Of a DNA stretch of 64,000 nucleotides, positions 45,109 to 55,981 are shown piece by piece. Positions within the stretch are counted from its first letter, which is position 1; each line of letters starts with the position of its first letter. The position numbers and the translations under genes are program-made. Origin of the DNA: Fimicolochytrium jonesii (taxonomy: Eukaryota); NCBI RefSeq assembly GCF_025526975.1, contig NW_026515699.1, forward strand, positions 248,001 through 312,000. The letters are read 5' to 3'. The notes under the pieces are model-generated. The model was not told the DNA's origin, searched no databases, and worked only from the letters and a program-made list of their open reading frames with translations.

Positions 45109-47220
45109 ATGACCAGCACTCCAGCCCCCACTCCCTTCATCGTCCCTCCTCCAACTCGTCTAACCTACTCTACTTCCGCCTCCTCAAGTAGCACAACCTT
45201 CACCCTCTCCCAAACCACCCAGATCATCGTCATTACCTTCCCGTCGTCACCTCACGCAACTAGCCCTGTCCTCGAACGTCTCGCAGCTCAAGCAGCCGCT
45301 AAATGGAACGTCGCTTCCCCACCCACTGTCCGCATCCTTCGCGCAGAGGAGACTGTCCTTGACACCATAACGGGACTCAAGAACGCGGTGATCATCTTGG
45401 ATGGTGCTACCGCCGATGATGTGACCGTAACAGAGGCAGAGCAAACATACACCTCGAACCTCCTAACGCAACACCAGCTTGCCTACGCACGTCTGAGCGT
45501 CACGGACGTCAGATCCTCGCGTCATTGTGTCTCCATCGCGGAGGACCGGGTGGTGATTACCGCGTCCTCGCCCGTGGGGATCGCGTATGGGCTCACTACG
45601 GTGCAGCAGCTTGTTGATTCTTCGAACGGAGATGCAGAGGGTGGAAGCAGATTGCCGGCGGTGGAGATACTTGATAGAGCCAGGTTTGCGTGGCGGGGCG
45701 TGTTGTTGGACTCTGCTAGGCATTTCATGCCTGTTGATGTGATTATCAAGTTTTTGGATTTGTTGGCGTATCATAAGATGAATGTCTTCCATTGGCATTT
45801 GGTGAGTGTGGCCGGCCGTCTTGTATTCGCAGCTCGGGTTTGCTGGGCCCAACGTAGGACTGTGGACATTCTTTCTGCGCGTCATACATGAAAGTGGCTC
45901 ATGTGGGGGCTTCCGCATGTGTCTATGTTAGGTCGACGACCAAGGCTGGCGACTAGAACTGCCGCAATTTCCCGAGCTGACTGCTGTTGGCGCGTGGCGG
46001 GACCAGAATGGCGAGCGGTATGGCGGTTTCTACACCGCCGAGGACGTGAGACGGATCGTGGAGTACGCTGCAGAACGGTTTATCACTGTTGTTCCTGAGA
46101 TCGAGGTGTGTTTTACGTGTACATTAGTTTCCTCGCATGGTTTGGCAAGATGATGCCATAAGATAAGGAGAGGCACAAGCTCATCTTATACTACATGGTT
46201 CTCCCACCAGCTCCCAGGCCACTGCTCAGCCTCCCTCTCCGCCTACCCGCACCTCAGCTGCGTGGGCCAGCCCCTTCCCGTCCCAACCGACTGGGGCATC
46301 TTCGAAGACGTTTACTGCGCCGGCAAAGACGCCTCCATCGAGTTCCTCAAACAGGTCTTTGACGACGCGCTGCCCATGTTTCCGTCACCGTTCGTGCATA
46401 TCGGTGGGGATGAAGTGCCGACGACCCGATGGGAGCAGTGTGAAGAGTGTAGGGCGAGGGTGGACAAGCAGGGATTGGACGGGTGGGATGGATTGCAGGT
46501 GGTTTGACCAGAACAAGTATCACTTCTTTCCCTTCTACGTTAAACCAACACCCACCGTCTCTCATACAGGCCTGGTTCATCTCCCAACTCCTGACCCACC
46601 TCACCGACACGCACTCCCGCCTTCCCATCGGATGGGACGAGGTCCTCACGCACACCACGCGAACCCACCCATTGCCTCCCCAAGCCACCATTCAGTCCTG
46701 GAACGGCTTCCACCCCGCCTTGGTTGCCGTGCAACCCGATGCCCACGGTAACCGACCCCACGCGTTGAGCGCGATCGTGTCCCCGACCACCCACTGTTAC
46801 TTCGATTACGGCGAGGATGTGACGGATATCAGACGGGTGTGGTCGTTTGAGGCGTATCCGGAGGAGATCAGGCCCCACTTATCATATATATACAACGCCG
46901 ACAAAGCAGAAGCGCGAAAACACATCCGCGGCGGCGAAGCCTGCCTCTGGAGCGAGCGTGCGCCTCCCGACACCGTGTTCGCTAAACTATACCCGCGCAC
47001 ATGCGCCCTCGCCAGTCGGTTGTGGAAGATCTTACCGGAGGATGACGGTGCCGAGGGTGAAGTTGACCCGCTACCGCAGTTTGAGGACTTCCATGCTCAG
47101 CTCGTCGATGTGCATTTACGCAAGCGGTTGGTTGGCAAGTGGGGCTTGAGTGGGTTGACGGACGGGCTTGGGAGGCTTTTGGGAGAGAGACGGGCTTCGT
47201 GGAGTTGGGAGCTAGTCTAG
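45109..47220 (+). CDS. GH20 beta-N-acetylhexosaminidase, 4 exons, no obvious signal peptide
   Basis: RFAWRGVLLDSARHF, KMNVFHWHL|VDDQGWR, VPEIE|LPGH, catalytic HIGGDEV, GGEACLWSE. Confidence 0.93.
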
Positions 47221-47559
47221 ATTAACATAGACACAAAATATGTGGAGTCAAAGTGTGTAATAAAACTCAATACTGTACAGTACAGTACAGTAAATTTGAG
47301 TGACCGCAAATTAACCTTAATTTGCTAAATCAATTCCATGCTGCGCCACCGGGCCTTTCACACCTCGTTTCCCTCCGGCTCGCTCGACTCCAAAACGGCC
47401 TTAAAAGTTTACCTCCAGATCATCTTCCGCCCAAATCGCTTTTCTTTGCAGTGGAAAGGTACGTACACAATAGAGGCAGAAAGCAGATAGATGTTTTATG
47501 CGCTTTCCTTCCTCCCGCCGGCCTCCTGTCTTATCCTTCATGACTTTATAGCAGTAGAC

Positions 47560-47850
47560 ATGTCAGAATCCCTGAAAACTAGCCAAGCTGGCCGTCGGGC
47601 CCCCGTATGGCCCCTCTACATTATGGCACTTTCTAGCGTCGTCGTTGCGGTCGCGTCCGTGGTCCTCATCTTCATTGTTTACCGCGGCTTGAACACCCTT
47701 ACTCGCACGCTCACTGACGAGAGGCTTCGACTCGAGGTAGAAGGCTTCTCCACCAGCTCCATGACGGCCATCACGAACAGCCTCGGGACCATGGCCGCAA
47801 ACACCTACGGCTTGTGTACTGCGTCGAGGGGGTCCAATTGCCGCGCCTGA
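47560..47850 (+). CDS. Small single-pass membrane hypothetical protein (96 aa)
   Basis: ATG ORF with a hydrophobic stretch LYIMALSSVVVAVASVVLIFIVY. Confidence 0.45.
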   Translation: MSESLKTSQAGRRAPVWPLYIMALSSVVVAVASVVLIFIVYRGLNTLTRTLTDERLRLEVEGFSTSSMTAITNSLGTMAANTYGLCTASRGSNCRA

Positions 47851-49333
47851 ATGGACGGCCGACACCGTGTCCTTTCGAACTACCCTAGACCAAGCGATCG
47901 ACAATATAATCGCTAGACTCGATGCCCCTATACTGCTGATCAGAGTGCTTAGAGTCTCTATATAAATGCTCGCATTGTTACGCTTCGCTCTCGGTCACGT
48001 AGTCTTCCTTATGTACAGTATATGTGTAGTTATGTAGATATATATCCCTATAGAGCTGAAGCATTTGCATTAGCAACGCAGAATTCTCTCCAGCCACATG
48101 TCGATTGGTGCAGCACCAACACCCAACAAGTTGGTTTGACTTGTACTGTACGTATGATCCATGACCAGAGGGACAGGCGTCTCGAGAGTACGTACTTATT
48201 TTACCAAGGTATCCTAACGATATTGCTACTTTATCTGATTGAACGACCATGAACTAGTCCGTATGCTTGTAAACGCGCATGATGCCTCATGTGGGGTATA
48301 TACCAACGCCGGCGAGGGTCCCTTCCGCAACAAGGTAGGAGCCTGCATGTCCTATGAGGTCGAAAGAACCCTGCAGTGGGTGGGATCCCGCTGGGAGTTG
48401 ACGGAGGGCGTCGGGGTGGTGGTGCAGGGATACCTTCTGACCCGTTCTCCAAGAGATTGCTGTGTGGCAGGTTGTGCACCACATCTGGTCAGAGCCCACT
48501 GTCTTGGAAATGAGCGCCCCGCAATCGGGACAGGTTGAAGACTAAACTCATGCGGCGCTCGACATGACGTCGCATAATGAGCGATTGCGCGGCATAAACG
48601 GGAGTACGGTAATATAAGGGGCAATGAAGTTAGACGTGGTGGTGGTGGTTACAGAATTGTTGGTGCTGAGGGCAGTGTCGCCTGTGCTCGACGGTGACGG
48701 TACGGGTGAAACGCCATGGGACGCCTTTGGTCTTTTGAACCGAGACCGACGCGGAGACCGTTGGACATCATCTTCGGACCACTGATCAATGTCTCGAGGA
48801 TGGGGACAGGGTTCCCGTCTACCCTAATCAATCTCTGCTGCATTCCGGGGCTGAAAGTCGCTCGGTGGCTGTACAACGTTAAAGGATAGCCTTGCACGGT
48901 TCTCATCCTGCAGAGGAGCTCGACCGTGAGGCTGCGGAAACCGCGTACCAAGGTATCCGTGTGGGTCTCGTTTCCGGCCATCGAGATAGCCTTGTCCGTT
49001 GCGGTATCTTTATAGCCTTTTCCGTCGTATAGGAGAAGGAGCTTCCCTGCTACGTACTTGTTTGTGATTTTGTAGTTTACATAGGTTTGATACTGTATAA
49101 AGGATGTATCGTATGTAGTGGTTGAATTGAATCCATGTGTTGCGGTTCCATCTTTCCATTGTCTGTCACCAAAGGCCGCCTACGGGGCAGGAGACTCCCT
49201 TAAAGTGTCCAACTTCAAAGTTACCACTCCAATTGTACGCCAGGCAGAAGATGACGTGTTCTGGAAGCAAAAAGGTGGTCGGCCCAATGGGTAAGAGCGC
49301 CATTTATCGGACGAGGAAAGGGAGTGAGATACG

Positions 49334-49588
49334 TAATAGCACACGGGTGTGATTCCAGACCAGTGCTATTCCAACCTGGAATCACCCTGCTGCATAGTAA
49401 ACGCGCTGCGCCACCGGGATGATTTCCGTGGAATAGCACACCAGTGCTATTTCTGTGAAATCGCCCCGCAATCTGCAATCTGATTCCAGACATTGAACTT
49501 GCAATTCCAACACAAGCCTTCACCAAAACTCTCTGTGAGCTCATTGTATATGCAGAAACATGTGTAGAACGCAGTGAGTGTGCTATTA
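49334..49588. mobile_element. Putative MITE (~255 bp) with 11-bp terminal inverted repeats
   Basis: taatagcacac ... gtgtgctatta; internal inverted repeats gtgattccag/ctggaatcac and aatagcac/gtgctatt; non-coding. Confidence 0.5.
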
Positions 49589-49825
49589 GTGCGATATACC
49601 CCTTGCCATTTCGGGCTATTGGCCAAAAATTGCCCTTGGGCCTGTCTTGACTGGAATAAGATCCTCGGCTACGCCTCGGACTGATTGCCTAGTCATAGAC
49701 GCGTCCCGCGGGCTGATTTTCTTGCCAATAGCCTTCAGGCGCGGGATATATCGCATACGAATCATAAACGGTCTTATGGTGGTACAACGGCAATTTATTA
49801 GAAAAGGGAGATTCGGAATCAAACC

Positions 49826-49898
49826 GGTCCTATGGCCCAATGGTCAAGGCGCCTGTCTACGGAACAGGAGATTCCAGGTTCGACTCCTGGTAGGATCG
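49826..49898 (+). tRNA. tRNA-Arg (ACG)
   Basis: GGTCCTA/TAGGATC acceptor stem, CCTGT-CTACGGA-ACAGG anticodon arm, GGTTCGACTCC T arm, oligo-T terminator. Confidence 0.96.
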
Positions 49899-50758
49899 TT
49901 TTTTGCTTTTTGCTTTTCAGTTTGTTGGCACTTGGTGAGAGCCAACGCGTAGGAACTGGGGGCCGTGTGGCTCAAACAATCGTCCTTTTCGCACAGTACG
50001 TAGTATTCGGCAGGATTCTGGCTGGTAGAACGCCGTCCCATTGCAGAAACACTTGTGAGCTGTAAAGTGGCATCGATCCTCTTTCCGAGACCCGTTGAGA
50101 CCTTTCAAGAGACTTTCGGACCCAAACCACTACTACAGTATAAGTATGCCGCATATAGATACACCTGCAAGACGATTGCCCCAGCGGGATGCCGCCTAAG
50201 GCGCTACCAAACAGCTGATTCCAACCTAATCGAAACAGTCCCCCCCCTACTTCCCACTACGCCAAAGCCCTCCCCTGCCCTGACCGCTGACCACGCATCT
50301 ACGTAAACGCCTATGCACGATTCATGCGACTCCACGGCGGGAGCGATTGCGGCGGGTTCGATTGTCGTCGTCATGCTGCCGGGTGGGTGGTGTGGGTGGG
50401 TATTGGGAAATGGGTCTGTGAGATTGGGGGTTGGAGTGTCGAGGGTCGGAGCGGGGAAGTCGAGCGTCAATCCTCGAAGGACGCGGTTTCCAGCTTTCCC
50501 GACTTCGTGTCTTGGTATCCATTTCAAGCTCAATAATCAAGCAGGAAGGCCGCACACGAAGGTCTGGGATAACTTTTTTGGGCATAATATCCACAGATTT
50601 CAAGAAGAATAAAGTCATGGTGCAATAGTATGGAAAGTTCGTGAACTACGCCTTGGCTACCTACGACCTTGATCTCGACTCACAGAACCGCTAACCTACG
50701 CCGCCCCATCCGCCATCCCCAAGCATTCCCCTTCCTCTTCCCCTCTACGCCACCCCAA

Positions 50759-51897
50759 TCACCGCCTCGGCACACACTTCAACAAAGGCTTCAACTTTGC
50801 GCGCTTAGACTGCCCCAACCGCAACGGCAGCGCGTTGACGTAGGCTGCGGCGCCTGGTGACGCTGTGGATGTGTGGGATGTTGAAGTTGATGCTGATGTG
50901 GGGCGTGTTGCGGATGATGCGGAGGTTGGGGGTGTCGTAGAAGCTGCAGGAGCGGGTGCGGATACCAGACGTCGTGTGCTGGTCCGTAGTGCCGATGAGA
51001 CGTTAGCTGCTGTGCTCGGTTGAAGATGTGCTGCTGCTGCCCCTCGAGCAGGTTTAGGGGTTGGTTTTGTGGTTTTCTTCTTTGGGGCGGGCTTCACGTC
51101 GTCGTCGTCGTCGTCGCCATCTTCGTCATCGACCTCCGCGTCAGATTCAGATGGCTCGTCGTCCTCGTCCTCGGAGTTTCGGGTGGTTTTGCGTTTTGTG
51201 ACTTGCTTTTTGGTGGTGCTTGGTTTGGTGGCGGCGGTTGTGGCGGGTTTTGGCTTTGGTTTCGGTGCATCCGCCTTGTCTATGTAGAATTCGTTGGCGT
51301 GAGAAGTTGGTCACCAGAGAATCCCTGTGAACAATGCATCCTAAGGCCGCCGTACCATTCTCCAACCCAGCCACTCCCGTCTCGCCCACAGCGTTCTCTG
51401 ATTGTGCAACGTCCATCGTAAGCTCGTCGGCACCTCCTCCATGCATGGATCTTTCCATAGCTAGACGGAGATCCGCTTGTTCCCTTCGCTCCTAGTAAAA
51501 GGGCGAATCTTGAGATTTCCATTCCCAACACTTTATCATTCGTAAAATGGTACACACGTACCTGCACGCTCAATCGCTTGTTTGGTCGAGCAGGGGATTC
51601 CGTTTGCGGGTCTGCATCACCACTACCGTTACCATCCTGAGCCGCGTCAGATTTCCGCTTCTTCCCCGTCTCCTCCTTTCCACCATCTCGCACCACATCA
51701 ACGGCATCATCCCCCGCCTTCTCCGCCAACTGCACGTGTTCCGCATCGTCGGCGTTCTTCCTTCCCTTGCCTTTTGTGGCGGTCTTTGCTCCTCCTCGCT
51801 TGGAGGATGATGAGAGGTCTTGTTGGTAGAGTGGAGCGTCGAGGGAAGCTACTTCAGCGTAGTTGACTTGTTTGCGTGAGCGTTGTGGGCGGGACAT
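50759..51897 (-). CDS. Disordered K/D/E-rich nuclear protein, RAD51AP1/NUCKS-like, 3 exons
   Basis: N-term MSRPQRSRKQVNY, DLRLAMERSM, acidic tract, C-term LRLGQSKRAKLKPL. Confidence 0.65.
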
Positions 51898-52286
51898 TGT
51901 GAGTGAGAGGACTGGGGTGGGGATAGGAGAGGGAGTGAGAACCGAGAACCCTGAGACCGAGCCTGGAGAAACGAGGCTTGTTGGTTGAAGCAAGTGGGAG
52001 GGAGGGACGGAGGGAGAAAGGGGAGGATCTCGTACGAACGCGTGGGTGTCCGGATGGGAGAGAGTGCGAGGTGTGACAACAAGGCGTGACAACACTCTCC
52101 CTGAGCTTTCTTTCCAACGGCTCGTTTGTTTACTCGTTGTCTCGCATAACAGGCGCCCAGCTATGGACAAGGTATAACACCTATCTCCCTCCACTCAATC
52201 GCTTGCCCTCTTGCCGTTCCCAGTTTCCCCGGCTCTCTTGTCCTTCACAAAACCCGTCTCCTCATGTGTTCCTCATTCAAAATGCC

Positions 52287-54593
52287 ATGTCCCAAAAGCA
52301 CCAGGAATCACCAACCCCGCTCGTAAACGGCACCAAACGCCCCACCCCCGACGAAGAAGAAGGAGAGCTACCCGAAGATGACCAAAACCTCACCCCTAAA
52401 ACAAAGAAACGCCGCACAGATACCACCGCAGATATCTCCAACACCGAAAATGGGGTCATAAAAACCGAAGTTCCTGAGGAGCCGCCACAACGGATACCCA
52501 ACGGCCACCCAACACCACCACCAACCTCGACAGCACCACCAGCAACACCAACAACCCCCTCCCTGCCCCACTCCGACATGGACACAACAGACCATTTCCC
52601 CGAAGTCCGCAACCCGAAAAACAAGCGTGTCCTCGAGGAAGAACGCACGAACCGTGTCATGTTTAAACTCGTTCAGAATGATGGGACCAGGGAGAGCTTG
52701 ACCTTGTTGTCGAAGGTGAAAGCCGTTATTCAGGCTCAATTGCCGAAGATGCCCAGGGAATATATTGGGAGGGTTGTTTATTCGAGGTATGGGGAGATGA
52801 GAGGGTGGGATGAAAGATGTGGAAGGGATTTTGAGAATGTGAGAATATGAGGGATGGGGTGGGGGAGCCCGAGCGGAGCGACCGAGCGAAGTGAGGGTTT
52901 GGTTCGGTCGGGGAGTTCGAGCGTCAACGAGGACGACCGGAGCGAACGCGCACCGCGGCGAGCGAAGGTTGCTTGAGGCAGGCGGGCCCTAGACGAGCCA
53001 CATTGCACCAAAGTCGCAATACACCCCTCACCCACGCAGCCCAACCTCTTTGCCGCGAGCGGAGCGAGCTGGCTATCGTTCGACCATCCAACCATCCGTG
53101 CGAGATCCATGCTTCTATGAACTTCCCAATCTCACCCGCCCTCGTTCCATTCCACAGAGAACACTGGAGCTGCGTGGTAGTCCGCGACACAGGCGACGTC
53201 GTGGGCGGGATCACCTTCCGCCCCTTCGGACCACGGCGGTTCGCCGAGATTGTGTTCCTCGCTGTTTTGAGTCATAGTCAGACCACGGTAAGACGGTCAG
53301 ACCACGGAATGTGCCTACTCATCCGAAAGCAGGAAAGCGTATTTATGGACGTGATCTCTTTGGTAGGGATACGGCGCAAGACTAGTAGCCCACTTCAAAG
53401 ACCACGTCCGCGCCATGTGGGGCGTCGAGTACCTCCTCACATACGCGGACAACCTCGCTATTGGGTTCTTCAAAAAACAGGTGCGTGAATCAGTTCCCTA
53501 TCACTTCCCGCATCAGTAATCACCCACGTTCCCTGCAAAACCACTCAACGTCTCTCGGAAAACGCAGGGCTTCACATCAGAAATAACCCTCGAAAAATCC
53601 AAATGGGTCGGGTACATCAAAGACTACGAGGGCGCGACGCTGCTGCAGTGCAGCTTCTTCCCGAAAGTGAAATACCTCGACATCTATCATATTTACCATG
53701 CGCATCGGAAGGTAAAATCCTCACTCGCTACTGGATGCAGATGCAAGAGGGATGTTGATTATAAGGGCGTGATCTTTTCAGGCGGTGTTTACGAAAATCA
53801 AAGAGGCGTCGTTGTCGACCAGAGTATACCCCGGCTTGGTGTTCGAGGAGGGGCAGGCGAAGATTGAGCCGGAGGGCGTGCCGGGGTTGCGTAAGTCATC
53901 ACTCCTCGTCCTTACCTCTCACATCCATAGCGCATCTCACGAAAAACTGAAATCTTCAAGGCGAGGCGGGATGGCGGCCTGAGCTAGGCGAATTGTACGT
54001 ACCACCCTCTCCTTTCACATCCTCAAACATTATCTCACCTCTTCGATTCCGCAACCAGATCAGGAAGCTCATCAGAAGGCAAACCCCCCCTCTACCACCT
54101 CCTCGCCCAGCTCCTCTCCGAGCTGCGCGACAACCCCTCCGCATGGCCGTTCCGCGAGCCGGTTTCCGGCGTCGCAGACTACTACGATATCATTCGGAAT
54201 CCCATGGGTAAGGGGTTGTCATACGTTTTGATTGTTTTTTGAGGGTAGGAATCGGGGGATGAGGATTGATTGTTCTTTTTTTTTTTGGTGACAGATTTGG
54301 CAACAATGGAACATAACCTGAAGGACGGCAAATATACCACAATTTCGGAGTTTGAGACCGATTTCGCGCTGATAATTTCCAACGCGAAGATTTATAATGA
54401 TGAGACTACTACTTATTACAAGGCGTATGTATTCTGAAGTTTGAGGGGGCGAGGTGCTGTTGATGGTAACCATGATCACATTGCCAGGGCGTGTAAATTG
54501 GATAAAGCGTGCAAGGATCGTGTCAAGGCGCTGGTCGCGGCGGCGAACGCGGGGAAGGCGGCGAAGAGTGGGGTGGCGGTTAGTGTTGTGTGA
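52287..54593 (+). CDS. GCN5: Histone acetyltransferase GCN5 (GNAT + bromodomain), multi-exon
   Basis: [75 protein letters not shown]. Confidence 0.95.
52865..53090 (+). repeat. Intronic GCGAAGC/GCGGAGC-rich element, copy C, in the 371-nt GCN5 intron 52787-53157
   Basis: Shares modules with copies A, B, D and E. Confidence 0.75.
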
Positions 54594-54690
54594 GGAGACC
54601 CGTCTACGGCCCCCGCACCGATTCTCACGCGGATGTGGAATACCCTCATCACACCTATACATGAGGACAATTTTTGGACAGTTTTGTGAA

Positions 54691-54740
54691 TGAGATATTG
54701 CTGCCGCTGGGTTGCTGATATGAGATATTGCTGCCGCTGA
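54691..54740. repeat. 19-bp direct repeat with 30-bp period
   Basis: tgagatattgctgccgctg occurs twice. Confidence 0.85.
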
Positions 54741-55017
54741 CATTTCTCCGCAAGCGTTCTGGATGGTGGGAGTTTGAAAGTCTAGACCAGGGGGCTGTGA
54801 CCTTCCACCCCCAGTGTTCCCGTCGTTTTCCCGGGACTTTTGCCAAACATCTCCCACAAGCCATATTTGGAGGATCGTAGACTTGATATTGATTACGCCG
54901 ATAACATTATTATTCGTACAAAGCTTTCTACAAAGGTATACTACATCTAGGTCCCAAAAAAAAGGCCCACAAACAATACGCCATATACACTCCCCCCTTC
55001 ATCATCCCAAGGGGCAA

Positions 55018-55410
55018 TCACCACCTCGCAACAACATAACTCAACGTCCCCACGCGCTCCACATCAAACCCAATCCCCTTGGCACCCAACCTCAAACACC
55101 CCTTGCACGCCTTCCCGGCATCGACCTCCGCAGGCACCTTCCACCGCATCTGGTGGTGCGTGCGGGTTTTCTGCATGGACACCAGGTCTGTTTCTACGAG
55201 GTTGATGAAGCTGGTGTAGGGGTCGGTGGAGGTTTTTGTTGTTGTTGTTGTTGTGGTGGTGGTGGGGCCCACCGAGGGCACGGAGGAGTTGCGGCGGATG
55301 AAGGCGAGGTCTTCCGCGGCGGCGGCGGCGCGCACGTTCGGGAGGGATTTGCGGGATTTGAAGAGCGCGAAGATGCCGGTTGGCGCCGGGGTTTCGATTT
55401 GAGCTGTCAT
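55018..55410 (-). CDS. Hypothetical protein (130 aa)
   Basis: ATG ORF with poly-Thr linker and codon pattern like neighbouring genes. Confidence 0.5.
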   Translation of the reverse strand: MTAQIETPAPTGIFALFKSRKSLPNVRAAAAAEDLAFIRRNSSVPSVGPTTTTTTTTTKTSTDPYTSFINLVETDLVSMQKTRTHHQMRWKVPAEVDAGKACKGCLRLGAKGIGFDVERVGTLSYVVARW

Positions 55411-55981
55411 TCTGGGTGGTTTTGTTGTAAGGGATGTGTTGTGTTGGTTTTTCGTTTACCACTATATTTGTATGTGCGGCTTTTTGCTTTGCTTGTTTGC
55501 TTTGGTGAGGAGTAGGCGGAAGGATTATCTGTCCGTCCCTCATTTATAGAGTTGTCCGAACAATCCTCTTCCCTCCATCGCGGTAAAACGCATGGGGGAA
55601 GATGGTTCCTTGCGGGCGGGCCGCACGCCGCATACCGCATGGGAAGTTTGTTTGTTGAGGACGGTCTATGTAGCTATTTTCGGGGCCTGTCAGCGGCAAA
55701 TCGCGCTGTCGAATTGCTAATGCGCAGATTGTGTCACTCCGACCGGCACGTCGCGAGATTTCGGCATCCCGTCGACATCATGTCCAGCTGTCCACCTCCA
55801 AAGCACCGTCAGAACAGCGACAAACCTTGTGCAAGGGAATAATGATAAAATGCATACGACTCATAAATACACCGTTCAAAAAAGGAGAGCTACGCTACGC
55901 GTTGACATATAACCGCCATTTCCAGCTCTCAAATCGCACACCAAAGTAAAACACGCGTTCGTCTTCTACCTGCTCTAACAT

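Noticed and set aside
54690..54820. Helitron 3' end (hairpin + CTAG on the minus strand) or a CRISPR-like repeat
   Set aside because: Hairpin is weak, CTAG is not followed by T, and there are only two repeat units.
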